Part shown: positions 52,451 through 63,939 of the stretch, in pieces
Layout of the letters: each line of letters starts with the position of its first letter
Numbering within the stretch: position 1 is the first letter of the stretch
Source of the DNA: a candidate division FCPU426 bacterium
GTDB taxonomy: Bacteria; Oederibacteriota; Muellerivitia; Muellerivitales; Muellerivitaceae
Length of the DNA: 64,000 bases
Assembly (NCBI GenBank): GCA_963771075.1
Contig: CAVYSE010000011.1
Coordinates: forward strand, 1-64,000
Reading direction: 5' to 3'
Position numbers and translations under genes: made by a program
Notes under the pieces: model-generated
Databases searched by the model: none
The model's input: the letters and a program-made list of their open reading frames with translations, nothing else
What the model was told of the DNA's origin: nothing

Positions 52451-53899
52451 CTAAGGTTGAGGGGGAGAAGCCTCGTCCTTCTTGGCTTCCGGCGCGGGCG
52501 CGGGCGGGGTGGAATCCGCCGGGGCGGGCGCGGCGGGAGCTTCAGGATCGTTCCCATTGACCTTGGGTTTGGGGTTTCGCGGGGGCCTTTTGCGGGCGAC
52601 ATGAAGGTGCTGGGTTTCCTCGTTGAAATGGAAGAGGTTCCCGAACTGGGACCAATGCACGAAGGTCTCAAAGGTCTTGTCGTAATTCTCGGCGGGCAGG
52701 TTGAGGATGATGATTTCCTTCACCACGTCCGCGTCCAGCCCCTTTCGGGGATGCTTGGCCAGTATGTCGTTCACCTGCCGGAACAAGCCCAGCTTCAAGA
52801 TTTGATCCTTCCAGATGTTCTGGCGCTCCGAGGCCTTGGCCTTGACGAACCTTTGCCCCTCGGCGGTCAAGACCACGTTTCGCTTGGGGGTGTCGACAAA
52901 ATCCAAAAGCTCGGCGGCCTTGGCCACCGTCATGACCGAGCCGAAATCCTTCTCGGTCTCGCTGGCGATTTTGAACAGGTCTTCCTTGCCGCCGCGGGCG
53001 TCCAGGTATTCCAGCATTCCCACGATCCCGATGGCCGGTGTGTCGGGAAGGGGTTCCACCGGGACGGGCTGGTTGGGCGCCAGCACGGGTTCAGGGGCGT
53101 CAGCCATCTCATGACCCATGATGATGTCGTGCAGTTGGTCCACCATCTTGAGAAATTCGGCCGAGCGGTAGTCCCGGGGACGGGGGAGGGGGTTCTCGAT
53201 CACCTTCACCAAGTGGCCGGGGTTGGTGCCCAGCACGATGATGCGGTCGGCCATGTACACCACCTCGGGGATATCGTGGCTGACCATGAGGATGGAGGAG
53301 GGGTTCTTGTCCTGGGCGGACCAGATGTCGATGACTTCCGCCCTCAAGGACTCCGCCGTCAGGGCGTCCACGTGGCTGAAGGGCTCGTCCATGAAGAGGA
53401 TTTCCGGGTCCACGGCCAGGCCCCGGGCCATGCCCACGCGCTGTTTCATGCCGCCGGAAAGCTCCCGGGGATAGGTTTCCTCGAAACCCGACAAGCCCAC
53501 CATTTGGATGGCCTTTTGGGCCCTATCCTCGATTTCATTTTCAGGGAACCCCCGCGATTTCAGGGCGGTCTGGATGTTCTCGGCCACCGTCATCCAGGGG
53601 AAGAGGGCGAAACTTTGGAAAACGATGGAAACACCCGTGTTCACGCCCAAGAGGGGCTTGTCGTGGTAAAGCACCTCGCCCTTGGTAGGGGCGATCAGAC
53701 CGGCCAGAATGCGCAGAAGCGTGGATTTGCCGCAGCCCGAGGGGCCCAGGAAAGCCACGACTTCCCGGCTGTCGATGGAAAGGCTGATGTCCTTGAGGGC
53801 CTCAAAGGACTTGCCGTTGGGGAGGTTGAAATCTTCCGAGACGTTCTTGAGTTCGATGAGTTTTTGTTTCGCCGCCACTTCCGCCGTGTTCACCGACAT
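52451..53899 (-). CDS. ABC transporter ATP-binding protein (nitrate/sulfonate-like, with C-terminal AAA-associated domain)
   Basis: [24 protein letters not shown]-terminal extension. Confidence 0.93.
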   Translation of the reverse strand: MSVNTAEVAAKQKLIELKNVSEDFNLPNGKSFEALKDISLSIDSREVVAFLGPSGCGKSTLLRILAGLIAPTKGEVLYHDKPLLGVNTGVSIVFQSFALFPWMTVAENIQTALKSRGFPENEIEDRAQKAIQMVGLSGFEETYPRELSGGMKQRVGMARGLAVDPEILFMDEPFSHVDALTAESLRAEVIDIWSAQDKNPSSILMVSHDIPEVVYMADRIIVLGTNPGHLVKVIENPLPRPRDYRSAEFLKMVDQLHDIIMGHEMADAPEPVLAPNQPVPVEPLPDTPAIGIVGMLEYLDARGGKEDLFKIASETEKDFGSVMTVAKAAELLDFVDTPKRNVVLTAEGQRFVKAKASERQNIWKDQILKLGLFRQVNDILAKHPRKGLDADVVKEIIILNLPAENYDKTFETFVHWSQFGNLFHFNEETQHLHVARKRPPRNPKPKVNGNDPEAPAAPAPADSTPPAPAPEAKKDEASPPQP

Positions 53900-53942
53900 A
53901 AAAACCTCCAGAAAACTTGAATATCCAAGCCCCTGACAAATC

Positions 53943-54028
53943 TTTTACCGCGAAGGCGCGAAAAACGCGAAGAAAAAACCGTATGGATCCCCATTAAATA
54001 ATTCTTTTCCTTCGCGTCTTCGCGGTTC
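53943..54028. repeat. Periodic-arm inverted repeat inside the ABC operon
   Basis: ACCGCGAAGGCGCGAAAAACGCGAAG ... CTTCGCGTCTTCGCGGT. Confidence 0.8.
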
Positions 54029-54040
54029 CAAAGCTGATTA

Positions 54041-55808
54041 TTACTTACTAAGCGAGTATTTCTCCTCGGCCAGGCGGTACAGTCTCTTCCACACCAACCG
54101 ATTGAAGATCACCACCATGATGGACATCACGACCACGCTGGCCGCTAGCATGGGAAAATCGGCTGCGGCCGCTGAAATGCTGATCTGGGACCCCAACCCG
54201 AAGGCCGTCAGGGTGTTACCCTTGTCGGTCACGTACTCGGCCACGATGCTGGAGTTCCAGGTGCCCCCGGCGGAAGTGACCATACCGGTTACCAGGTAGG
54301 GGAAGATCCCCGGTAAATGCACCTTCCAGAAAAGGTCCCAGCCCTTGATGCCGTTCATCCGGGCCGCTTCCAGGAGGTCGGAGGGGATGGCCGAGGCCCC
54401 GGCGATCACATTGAAGAGGATATACCACTGGGCGCCCAGGAGCATCAGGGCGATGGCGCCCCAATTCAAGCCGATCCCCGCCATCTTCATGAGGATGATG
54501 GCGAAAGCGAAGAGCATGGGGGCGGGAAAGGAGGCGGCAACCTGGACGAAGGGTTGGGAGACACGGGAAAGACGGGGTGAAAGACCGATCCAAAGCCCCA
54601 CCGGAATGGTCCAGAGGGCCGAGAGAAAGACGGCGGTCAGGACCCGCGCCAGGGTTGCACCGGCCTCCCGGATGATTAAAAACCATTTATCCAGGGTGAG
54701 ATGGGAAAAAAGCTCCAGGATTTTCCAGGCGCCGAAAACCATGGCGGAAACCAGGGCGATGAAGCAGAGGATGGAAACGAGCTTGAGCGGCCACTTGGAC
54801 GCCACGGGCTTGATCAGGCGCGCGTCGGCGGGCGGCATGGCCATCACGGTGCCGGCCGGCGTCAGGCGGGGTTTGGGGGTGAAGAGCTTTTCAAAGAAGC
54901 GCAAAATCTGGGATTGGTTAAGGAAGTCCAAAAACCAGGAACTGCATATTCTCCTCGGCTCCTCCCTCTTCCACGCGGAATTTCTGCCCCCACACCACCA
55001 GGGGGCGCCAGAGGAACTGGTCCAAAAAGACGATCATGAGGACCATGGCCACCACGCCCCAAAATCTCGCCACGCCGTCACCCTTGTCGTTGGCCACGCT
55101 CATGTAGGAACCCAGGCCGGGCAGGCGGAAGTCCTTGTCGCCCAGCTGGAAGGCTTCGGTGACCGTGAGGAAGAACCATCCGCCGGCCATGCTCATCATG
55201 CTGTTCCAGATCAAGCCGATGGCGGAAAAAGGAATCTCCAGTTTGACGGCTTTCGTGAACCAGTTGAAACGGTAGACCTCCGCCGCCTCGATCAGGTATT
55301 GGGGGATGGAGCGGAGGGATTGGTAAAAGCTGAAGGTCATGTTCCAGACCTGGCCCGTGAAGATCATGATGACGCAGGCCAGTTCCAGACCCATGTTGTT
55401 GTTGGGGAAAATGGCCACGAGGGCCAGCACCAGGCCTGGCAGGAATCCCAATACCGGGATGCTTTGCAGGATGTCCAAAAGGGGGATCAGCACCTTCTCG
55501 GCGATGTGGTCCTTGGCGGCCCAGTAGCCGTAGGCAAGGGTGAAAAGAAGGGATAGCACATAGGCCAGCATGCCGCGGCAGAGGGTAAAAAATGTGTACT
55601 TCGGCAAAGCCCAGGGGGAAAGATCGATTTCCACCTTGGCGGTATGCACGCCGGTCCATTCATGGGAGACGGACAGGATGCCGAAGATCAGTCCGATAAG
55701 TCCCAGGAGGAGGGAGATATCCACCCACCAGAGTTTCTGGTAGCGGGTAATGAAAGAAGTGGCTTGACCCCAAATGTTCTTGAACTCAATTTTCTTCGTT
55801 TCAGCCAA
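54041..55808 (-). CDS. ABC transporter permease with two TM modules (frameshift near 54930)
   Basis: DILQSIPVLGF, WNSMMSMAGGW, ASFPAP, GAQWYILFNVIAG. Confidence 0.9.
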
Positions 55809-56020
55809 GGTGACACTCCACTTGGATGGGGTCCATCGCGGGGAAATCATAGGTCCCATCCCGTCATTGAAGGAAGGGAAAAAAGCGAATTTTCTGTCTT
55901 CCCCAAGTGAATTTACTTCCCGTTAACCGGTTTAAAAAAGTAGAAGGATTCTTCCCTCTGGTCTTTGGGCGGGGACGCTGAGAAAATGGCTTTTCCCAAA
56001 TCGGGAAAAGGAAAACCCTT

Positions 56021-56893
56021 ATGAGACATATTGGACGTTGGGCCCTATTGGCGGTACTACTTGGGACGGGGGCCCTCAGCGCTACGGAGGAAAAGGATCC
56101 GCTTGAGAAAACCCTGGGGCCTATTACCCAGACAAAGGGGGATGTCCGTTTTTGGGCCATCCCGCGCACCGATTTGAACGTGCTGGTGGGCGGGACTCCC
56201 TTGGAACCCGGCATGGGTTTGGACAACCGCTTTGAGATTATCCCGAAAGAAAAAGGCCTTCATTTAAAAGCGCGGTTAGTGCTGATGGACGGGGAAATCC
56301 AGAAGATTTTGGGTTTGCTCGCCCGCCGCCATTGGAAAGTGGAGGGTTTGTCCCATTGGTTGGCGGGGGAATCCCCCTCCCTGAAGGTGCTTTCCTTCGA
56401 GTCCTCGGGCCCTTCCTTCCTGTTGGCGGACGGAATCCAGGAGATATGGACGGCCTTGAGTTTATCCCCGGTTTCCCCTACGCCCGTTCCGACGGCGTCA
56501 CCTGAAGGAGCCTTTCAAAAACAAGCCGATTCCCTTCTGTGGCCGGGGCAATGGAAGGGCCGGGTCCTATGCCTGAAATTGGAGGCGTCCGGGAACACAC
56601 TGGAAGCTGGGGCGCAGGCGGTTAATCCCCAGGGCGCCCTTTATCTGCAGGAAACGACCGAGGGAGCGCTGGTCTTGGGGGACCTGCTTCTCCCATCCGA
56701 CCTGGCCGAGAAACTTTATCCTACCCTGGTGGATAACCAGTTGGAGCTATGTTCCTGGGTACGGGAGCCATCCTCAGGAGGTGAAACCTGGAGCCGAATA
56801 GGGTTTTTGGGCAGGGGGGACCTGGAAGGCTTGGCCGAGGGATTGAACGCCCTGAAGACCCAATGGAAGGCTCTTTATAACCCCGATGAATAA
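56021..56893 (+). CDS. Secreted DUF1259-like protein
   Basis: Signal peptide; IPRTDLNV, LSHWLAGESP; two similar halves. Confidence 0.55.
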   Translation: MRHIGRWALLAVLLGTGALSATEEKDPLEKTLGPITQTKGDVRFWAIPRTDLNVLVGGTPLEPGMGLDNRFEIIPKEKGLHLKARLVLMDGEIQKILGLLARRHWKVEGLSHWLAGESPSLKVLSFESSGPSFLLADGIQEIWTALSLSPVSPTPVPTASPEGAFQKQADSLLWPGQWKGRVLCLKLEASGNTLEAGAQAVNPQGALYLQETTEGALVLGDLLLPSDLAEKLYPTLVDNQLELCSWVREPSSGGETWSRIGFLGRGDLEGLAEGLNALKTQWKALYNPDE

Positions 56894-56977
56894 AGGGGTA
56901 TGGGTTTCCGGCGTGAAGGTTCATAGAATATTTTTCGAAGTTGAATTCGACCCTTGAAAGGGTTCGGGAGGCGTCAC

Positions 56978-58405
56978 ATGCCGGCGGGAAATGAGACGAA
57001 TGGGGCGGATTTCGGGGTTTTGGGGATCGGGGTTATGGGGTCCAACCTGGCCATGAACGTGGAAGACCACGGCTTCACGGTGGCAGTGGTGAACCCGGTG
57101 GGAGACCTGGTGACGCCATTCATGAAAAAGAACGAAGGCAAGAGATTCATCGGCACCCAAAGCCTGGATGAGTTCGTGAAGGCCCTCAAAAGGCCAAGGG
57201 CCATTCTTCTCATGGTTCCGGCGGGCGACCCGGTGGACCAGTGCATCCAGTCCCTCAAACCCTTGCTTTCAACAGGCGACATATTGATTGATGGGGGTAA
57301 TTCCTGGTTCAAGGATACCCAGCGGCGGGAGGCCGAGCTGGTGAAAGATGGACTCTATTTCTTCGGCTCGGGCGTTTCGGGCGGTGAGGAGGGAGCCCGA
57401 TTCGGACCTTCACTCATGCCCGGCGGGGACCCGAAAGCCTACGGCTTCGTGAAGCCCATCTTCGAAGCCATCGCGGCCAAAACATCCTCGGGCCCCTGCG
57501 TGACCCACGTGGGACCCGACGGGGCTGGCCATTTCGTGAAGATGGTCCATAACGGGATCGAGTACGGCGACATGCAGCTGATCGCCGAGGCCTATGACCT
57601 TCTTCGCAAGGGATTGAAGCTGACGGCCGGGGAAATCTCCCTGGTTTTCGCCGAGTGGAACAAGGGAAAATTGGATTCTTTTCTCATCGAGCTGACGGCA
57701 AAGGTTTTGGGGGTCAAGGACGCCGAAACCGGCAAGCCCCTGGTGGACCTGGTGCTGGACAAGGCGGGCCAAAAGGGCACGGGCAAATGGACGGCCCAGG
57801 TCGCGCTCGACCTGGGAGTGGCCATTCCCACCATCGCCGCCGCCATTGACGCTCGCAACTTGTCCGCCCTGAAGGAAGAAAGGGTGGAGGCCTCCCTTCG
57901 TTTTTCAGGGGCCGAAATGACGCTGACCTCGGGAGAAAGGGAAGGGTTCATCGAAGCGGTCCGGGACGCCCTTTATGATTCCAAAATCTGTTCCTACACC
58001 CAGGGCTTGAGGCTGATCCAGGCGGGATCCCGGCAATATCATTGGGATATTTCCCTCCGGGAAATGGCCCGTATTTGGAAAGGCGGTTGTATCATCCGCG
58101 CGAAATTACTGGATGAAATCATGTCCGCCTATGACCGCAACCCGGTTTTGGCTTCCCTCTTGTTGGATGAGGGGTTCAAGAAACAGTTGGAAAGCACCCA
58201 GACCGCCTGGCGCCGGGTTGTGGCCTCCGCGGCCCGCATCGGGGTGCCGGTGCCGGCCATGGGCGCAAGTCTGGCTTACTTCGATAGTTACCGTTCCGCT
58301 CAATTGCCCCAGAACCTGACCCAGGCCCAAAGGGACGCCTTTGGGGCGCACACCTATCAGCGCGCCGACCATCCCGAAAGGGGTTTTTTGCACACCGAGT
58401 GGTGA
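56978..58405 (+). CDS. gnd: NADP-dependent 6-phosphogluconate dehydrogenase
   Basis: GIGVMG, IDGGN, GVSGGEEGA, KMVHNGIEY, QAQRDAFGAH. Confidence 0.97.
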   Translation: MPAGNETNGADFGVLGIGVMGSNLAMNVEDHGFTVAVVNPVGDLVTPFMKKNEGKRFIGTQSLDEFVKALKRPRAILLMVPAGDPVDQCIQSLKPLLSTGDILIDGGNSWFKDTQRREAELVKDGLYFFGSGVSGGEEGARFGPSLMPGGDPKAYGFVKPIFEAIAAKTSSGPCVTHVGPDGAGHFVKMVHNGIEYGDMQLIAEAYDLLRKGLKLTAGEISLVFAEWNKGKLDSFLIELTAKVLGVKDAETGKPLVDLVLDKAGQKGTGKWTAQVALDLGVAIPTIAAAIDARNLSALKEERVEASLRFSGAEMTLTSGEREGFIEAVRDALYDSKICSYTQGLRLIQAGSRQYHWDISLREMARIWKGGCIIRAKLLDEIMSAYDRNPVLASLLLDEGFKKQLESTQTAWRRVVASAARIGVPVPAMGASLAYFDSYRSAQLPQNLTQAQRDAFGAHTYQRADHPERGFLHTEW

Positions 58406-58519
58406 GAAGGCAGTCGACAGTCCACAGCTGGCGGTCGACAGTATTGACCCATTGAAACTAATGAATGAATCGCGACGTCTAATAATTAGCGGCAAAGATA
58501 AATTCCGAGGGGAGAAAAC

Positions 58520-59092
58520 ATGAATCTAAAGACATTGTTTTTGGGCTCGGTGTTGTTGATCGCGGGGTCGGTTTCGGCGCAGACTTTCAACTTAGGCCTG
58601 GAAGCGGGGGCGAATTTCTCCAACTTCCTGGGAAGTGATGCCGGTTCCCTTGCGGGTAACGGGGTGGCGTTCAGCGCCGACAAATTGGGTTTTGTAGGGG
58701 GTGGGTTTCTTCAGCTGAATTTCGGCGATATGTTCTCCCTTCGTCCTGAGCTGCTATACGAGCAAAAGGGAAACCAAATATCCGGGACTCAATCCAGCGT
58801 GGAATTGGATTACGTGGAGATCCCGGTGCTCGTGAAGGTATCGACCGGCCTCCCGGTCGTGAATCCAGCCATCCTGCTGGGGCCCGCCTTTGCCTGGAAC
58901 ACGTTGGCATCGGGCCTTCCCAACGGCGGGTCTGTTAACAGCTCGGATATCGGCCTGATGGCGGGTTTAGAATTCGACCTTGGCAAAATATTGGTGAGCG
59001 GACGCTATGAATTGGGCTTGGAGAACGTTCAAAGCAACACCAACGTCCAAAACGGAACCTTCACCCTATTGGCAGGTTATGAGTTCATGTGA
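58520..59092 (+). CDS. Outer membrane beta-barrel (porin family) protein
   Basis: Signal peptide; RPELLYEQKG, LDYVEIP, terminal GYEF. Confidence 0.8.
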   Translation: MNLKTLFLGSVLLIAGSVSAQTFNLGLEAGANFSNFLGSDAGSLAGNGVAFSADKLGFVGGGFLQLNFGDMFSLRPELLYEQKGNQISGTQSSVELDYVEIPVLVKVSTGLPVVNPAILLGPAFAWNTLASGLPNGGSVNSSDIGLMAGLEFDLGKILVSGRYELGLENVQSNTNVQNGTFTLLAGYEFM

Positions 59093-59220
59093 TGCCCATT
59101 CGAGGTTATCAAAGGCTCGATCCTCCGGGTCTTGTTGTTTTCTTGGTTATCTTCCTTCGAGAGACTTTATCCTTTCAGATCATTTTTCCCTTAAACACCC
59201 CTAGAGTTCGGGGTTTCACA

Positions 59221-59250
59221 TTGATTCCAACTTGCCAACCTTCCTATAAT
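59221..59250 (+). promoter_or_regulatory. Putative sigma70 promoter of the nuo operon
   Basis: TTGATT-N18-TATAAT. Confidence 0.6.
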
Positions 59251-59293
59251 TCAAATTCTTCAGGGTGAACTTTGTATCAAAAAGGGGGAGTTC

Positions 59294-59672
59294 ATGACGA
59301 TGACGCTCATTGATAATCTTTTTCCCCTGGTTTTGGCCCTGCTCCTCGCGCTTTTGGTCCCAACGGGCATGATCCTTTCCAACCGGCTATTAGCACCCAG
59401 CCGGTCCAACGACAAGAAACTTTCCATCTACGAATGCGGTATTCAACCCCAAGGCCAAGTGGGGGATTCCCGCACCCATGTGAACGTAAAGTTTTACCTG
59501 ATGGCCATGTGTTTCCTGGTCTTTGACGTGGAAGTGATCTTTCTTCTTCCTTGGGCGGTGGTCTTTCAAAAGATGGCTTGGGCGGGTTTCGGGGCCCTGG
59601 TGGGGTTTTCTGGGTGTCCTGGGCATTGGCTGGTATTACCTCCTGAAAAGGGGGGCCTTGGATTGGGAATAG
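59294..59672 (+). CDS. nuoA: NADH-quinone oxidoreductase subunit A (frameshift near 59605)
   Basis: [25 protein letters not shown] in the shifted frame. Confidence 0.9.
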
Positions 59673-60166
59673 AGAACTTTCCGGTCATCACCACCCGATT
59701 GGAGGCGGTCCAGGCTTGGGGGCGCCAGAATTCACTTTGGCCCCTGGCTTTCGGCACCGCTTGTTGCGCCATCGAGTTCATGAGCGTGGCCGCCTCGGTA
59801 TTTGACCTCTCCCGTTTCGGGGCGGAGCTGATCCGATTTTCCCCCCGCCAGTCGGACCTCCTTCTGGTGGCGGGAACCGTTACCTTCAAGCAAGCTCCCA
59901 TTCTCCGCCAGGTTTGGGAACAGATGCCCGACCCCAAGTGGGTCATTTCGATGGGGGTTTGCGCCTCCTCCGGCGGGTTCTACAACAATTACTGCACGGT
60001 GCAGGGGATCGACCAGGTTGTGCCGGTGGACGTTTACATATCCGGATGTCCTCCCCGGCCCGAGGCCATCCTGGAGGCGGTGATGAAGATCCAACACAAG
60101 ATCTCCAACCCCCGTACCACCCCCGCTTCCCAATTTCAGGTGAAAGAGCCGCATTTCGATTATTGA
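59663..60166 (+). CDS. nuoB: NADH-quinone oxidoreductase subunit B
   Basis: [21 protein letters not shown]. Confidence 0.95.
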   Translation: MGIENFPVITTRLEAVQAWGRQNSLWPLAFGTACCAIEFMSVAASVFDLSRFGAELIRFSPRQSDLLLVAGTVTFKQAPILRQVWEQMPDPKWVISMGVCASSGGFYNNYCTVQGIDQVVPVDVYISGCPPRPEAILEAVMKIQHKISNPRTTPASQFQVKEPHFDY

Positions 60167-60209
60167 CCCGGACGCGGAAAGCGTTTCGGGATACCGCGGC
60201 AAGGAATCC

Positions 60210-60749
60210 ATGGAAGCATCTCGAATCGTTGAAAAATTAAGGGAGTCTTTTCCGGAGGCCGTGAAGGCCACCTTGGACCGCTACGGCCAAACCGAGGTGG
60301 AAGTTGAAATTTCCCTCCTGGGCGGAATATTGGCTTGGCTCAGGGACACGCCCGGCATGGAGTTCGGCATGCTGGTGGACCTGGTTGCAATCGATTATTC
60401 CACCTACGCCAGGTGGAAAGGCCCCCGATTCGGGCTGGTCTACCTGTTAAAGTCCCTGACCCAGGGTCACCGCCTTCAATTGAAAGCCTACCTGAAAGAG
60501 GAAAACCCCGTGGCCCCCACGGCCACTGGTTTTTGGGCCAACGCCAATCACCTCGAAAGGGAAGCTTTTGACCAGATGGGCATTCGTTTCACCGGGCATC
60601 CCAACCTGAAGCGGATCCTCAACCACCACGAGTTCGTGGGGCACCCTTTGAGGAAGGATTATCCCATCACGCGCCGCCAGTGGCTTTCCGCCAACCAATC
60701 CCTGATGGATGAGATGGAGGCCAGGCTTCAAGAAAGGGGCCTGAAATGA
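60210..60749 (+). CDS. nuoC: NADH-quinone oxidoreductase subunit C
   Basis: EREAFDQMGIRFTGHPNLKRIL, GHPLRKDYP. Confidence 0.95.
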   Translation: MEASRIVEKLRESFPEAVKATLDRYGQTEVEVEISLLGGILAWLRDTPGMEFGMLVDLVAIDYSTYARWKGPRFGLVYLLKSLTQGHRLQLKAYLKEENPVAPTATGFWANANHLEREAFDQMGIRFTGHPNLKRILNHHEFVGHPLRKDYPITRRQWLSANQSLMDEMEARLQERGLK

Positions 60750-61969
60750 AGGGAAATTCCCATACTTCCGCCCTGGGGCTGGAAATTATCCCTGGACCCG
60801 GTTCCCCCGATCTTCTTTTCGTCAACCTCGGCCCCAGCCATCCCGCCACCCATGGCGCCTTGCGGGTTTTGTGCGCCCTGGATGGGGAGACGATCAGGGC
60901 CGCCGTGGTCGAACAGGGTTACCTCCACCGTGGTTTCGAGAAGGATTGCGAGGCGCATACCTTCCAGCAGGTGATTCCCTACACCGACCGATTGAATTAT
61001 GTCTCGGCGATGATGAACAACGTCGGCTACTGCAAGGCCGTGGAAAGGATGTTGAGCCTTTCCATCCCGGAAAGGGCCGTGGCCCTGCGGGTCGTCATCT
61101 GCGAACTGAATCGGATCATCGACCATGTGGTTTGTGTGGGGGCCAACCTGGTGGACCTGGGGGCCCTGACTAACTTCTGGTATTTTTTCAATGTTCGGGA
61201 AAAGGTCTATGACATCCTGGAAAAACTCTGCGGGGCCCGGTTGACTTCCAGCTATACCCGCATTGGGGGGCTGATGCGGGATGTTTACCCCGAATTCGGG
61301 GATGAGGTGAAGAAGGTCTTGAAGGATGTGGAGGCCAGCCTCGCGGACGTGAAGGGGTTGATCGCCAAGAACCGCATTTTCCTGGACCGCACCAAGGATG
61401 TGTGCGTGATCAGCAAGGAGAGGGCCATCAGTTACGGTTTTACGGGGCCGACGCTTCGTGCTTGTGGGGTCGATTACGACCTGAGAAAGGCCGAACCTTA
61501 TTACGGATACGATCAGTACGATTTCGAAGTGCCGGTGGGGACCTCCGGGGACGTGTATGACCGAATCTTTGTCCGGCTTTACGAGGTGGAGGAGTCCATC
61601 CGCATCATTCTCCAGGCTTTGAAGAATATGCCGGAAGGACCGGTCATGAGCGATGACAAAAGGGTGGCCCTGCCGCCTAAGACCCAGACCTACGGCAATA
61701 TCGAGGGGTTGATGAACCACTTCAAGATCATCATGCACGGCATTTGCCCCGAACCCGGGGAAATGTACGATTCCACCGAGGCCGCCAACGGGGAGCTGGG
61801 TTTTACCATCATCTCCGACGGTGGAAAAAACCCCTACCGGGTGAAGTGCCGCCCTCCCTGCTTCATGAATTTCGCGGCTTTCGGGGAAATGATCGAAGGC
61901 TATATGGTCGCCGACGCCATCGCGAATTTGGGTTCCATCAACATCATCGCCGGGGAACTGGACCGATAA
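60746..61969 (+). CDS. nuoD: NADH-quinone oxidoreductase subunit D
   Basis: NLGPSHPATHG, GYLHRGFEK, DRLNY, GELDR. Confidence 0.96.
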   Translation: MKGNSHTSALGLEIIPGPGSPDLLFVNLGPSHPATHGALRVLCALDGETIRAAVVEQGYLHRGFEKDCEAHTFQQVIPYTDRLNYVSAMMNNVGYCKAVERMLSLSIPERAVALRVVICELNRIIDHVVCVGANLVDLGALTNFWYFFNVREKVYDILEKLCGARLTSSYTRIGGLMRDVYPEFGDEVKKVLKDVEASLADVKGLIAKNRIFLDRTKDVCVISKERAISYGFTGPTLRACGVDYDLRKAEPYYGYDQYDFEVPVGTSGDVYDRIFVRLYEVEESIRIILQALKNMPEGPVMSDDKRVALPPKTQTYGNIEGLMNHFKIIMHGICPEPGEMYDSTEAANGELGFTIISDGGKNPYRVKCRPPCFMNFAAFGEMIEGYMVADAIANLGSINIIAGELDR

Positions 61970-61971
61970 CC

Positions 61972-62463
61972 ATGAGCGTGACCTTTAAACCGGAAGCCCT
62001 GAAGGAGTTCGAGGATATCGCCTCCCACTATCCCGTGCGTCGGGCGGCACTTTTACCCGCCCTGTGGCTGGCCCAGCGGGAATTCGGCTGGCTTTCACCC
62101 GCTGTAATCGAAGCTACGGCCAAATTGGTAGGGGTGTCGCCGGCCCAGGCCCTGGAAGTGGCCGAGTTTTACACCATGTATTTCAAGAAAAAGCCGGGCA
62201 AATACCACCTGCAGGTTTGCCGGACCTTCGTGTGCATGATGAACGGGGCGGAGGACATTCGAAGGGTCATCGAGGAGAAGTTGAACCTGAAAGAGGGGGA
62301 AACCACCCCCGACGGGCAGTTCAGTTACCAAGACGTGGAATGCCTGGCCTCCTGCCACACCGGGCCTTGCATGAGGGTGAACGACGAGTACCACGAGAAT
62401 CTGACGCCGGAAGGCGTCACAAAACTGATCGACGAATTGAAAAAGGACTTGAAGGCATCATGA
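61972..62463 (+). CDS. nuoE: NADH-quinone oxidoreductase subunit E
   Basis: EFYTMY, VCRTFVC, ECLASC. Confidence 0.95.
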   Translation: MSVTFKPEALKEFEDIASHYPVRRAALLPALWLAQREFGWLSPAVIEATAKLVGVSPAQALEVAEFYTMYFKKKPGKYHLQVCRTFVCMMNGAEDIRRVIEEKLNLKEGETTPDGQFSYQDVECLASCHTGPCMRVNDEYHENLTPEGVTKLIDELKKDLKAS

Positions 62464-63741
62464 TCCACGTTGAACCCCAACTGACTAAGCGCTTCTCCGT
62501 GAAGGATCGGGCATACGCCTGAAGGTGTACCTTCAGACGGGCGGATACGCCTCGCTTAAAAAACTCTTCACCCTTAAGCCTGACCAGGTCGTTGAGGAGG
62601 TCAAAGCCTCGGGCCTGAAGGGACGGGGAGGCGCGGGCTTTTTGACCGGCATGAAGTGGTCTTTCGTGCCCGAAAAACACGGGAATCCCCATCTATTTGG
62701 CCGTCAACGCGGACGAGGGGGAACCGGGAACCTTCACCGACCGTTATCTTTTGACTTATGACCCCCATCTGCTCCTGGAGGGGATTATTTGCGCCTGCTA
62801 CGCCGTCGACAGCCACACGGCCTATATATATGTAAGGGGCGAGTTCTACGACCAGATCCAGATCCTCCAAAAGGCCATCGCGGAAGCGAAGGAGGCGGGC
62901 TACCTGGGCACGAATATCCAGGGGTCGGGTTTCGACCTGGAGGTTTACGTGCACCGGGGTGCGGGGGCCTATATATGCGGGGAGGAAACGGGTTTGATCG
63001 AGTCCCTGGAAGGCAAGAAGGGGATGCCCCGCATCAAGCCGCCCTTTCCCGCGGTGCAGGGGCTTTTCAACTGCCCGACCATCGTCAACAACGTGAAGAC
63101 CCTGGCCTCCGTGCCCTGGATCATCGAGCATGGGGCCAAGGCCTATGCGGCCATCGGGACCGCCGGATTCGGCGGGCACCCATCTCTTCGGCCTCTCGGG
63201 CCACGTCAACCAGACCGGTTACTGGGAACTGCCTTTCGGCATGCCCATGATGGAATTTATTGAAACATACGGGAAGGGAATAAGGGGGGGGCCTTGAAGG
63301 CCGTTTTCCCGGGGGTTCCTCTTGCCCGGTTTTGACCGCCAAGGAATGCGAGACTGTCACTCTCTGCTACAAAAACATGCACGACCACGGCACCATGTTC
63401 GGGACTGGCTGCGTGACGGTTTTGAACGAGCATACCGACATGGTGAAAATCCTGAAGAGCCTGACCCATTTTTACGCCTACGAGTCTTGCGGCCAATGCA
63501 CCCCTGCCGGGAAGGAACGGCCTGGGAGGATCGGCTGACCTGGAAAAATCATCGCGGGAGAGCCACGGCGAAGGAACTGGACCTGATGCTGGAAGTCGCT
63601 GACAACATGGAAGGCAAGACCATCTGCGTTTTTCCGCCGCCTGTTCCATGCCGTTGCGGAGCATCATCAAGAAGTTCCGGGGGGAATTCGAGAAGTACCT
63701 AAAAGAGCACGGCGGTCGCCGTTCCGGGGATGGTTTCATGA
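62460..63741 (+). CDS. nuoF: NADH-quinone oxidoreductase subunit F (multiple frameshifts, 3' end uncertain)
   Basis: [45 protein letters not shown]. Confidence 0.92.
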
Positions 63742-63752
63742 CACCTAAAGCC

Positions 63753-63844
63753 AACACGAAGACACAAAGCCACAAAGAACGAGTAGCATTTTCCCAAATG
63801 AAGAAAAGTTTTTCTTCGTATCTTCGTGCCTTTGTCCCCCTTTG
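63753..63844. repeat. Periodic-arm inverted repeat between nuoF and nuoG
   Basis: AACACGAAGACACAAAGCCACAAAG ... CTTCGTATCTTCGTGCCTTTGTCCCCTTTG. Confidence 0.7.
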
Positions 63845-63939
63845 CTCCGCAGGAGCAAAGGAATGCGGGACAATACCAACCACTTTAAAAACTTTCATTG
63901 TGGGTTGGCATGTGTTGGAAGTGGGTTTAAGGATGAACC

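Noticed and set aside
52457..55556. Long antisense ORFs (e.g. 52457-53920, 54345-55556; also 46214-47434, 60728-61738)
   Set aside because: They are shadow ORFs opposite well-supported genes, expected in GC-rich DNA.
59294..60166. Apparent NuoA-NuoB fusion in the ORF track
   Set aside because: The normal NuoA end ([10 protein letters not shown]) is present in a shifted frame, so this is an indel artefact.
31774..63741. Many frameshifted genes (AI-2E, radC, pilins, cyclase, permease, nuoA, nuoF) as pseudogenes or programmed frameshifts
   Set aside because: They hit conserved housekeeping genes with otherwise intact motifs, often near homopolymer runs; long-read assembly indels are the simpler explanation.
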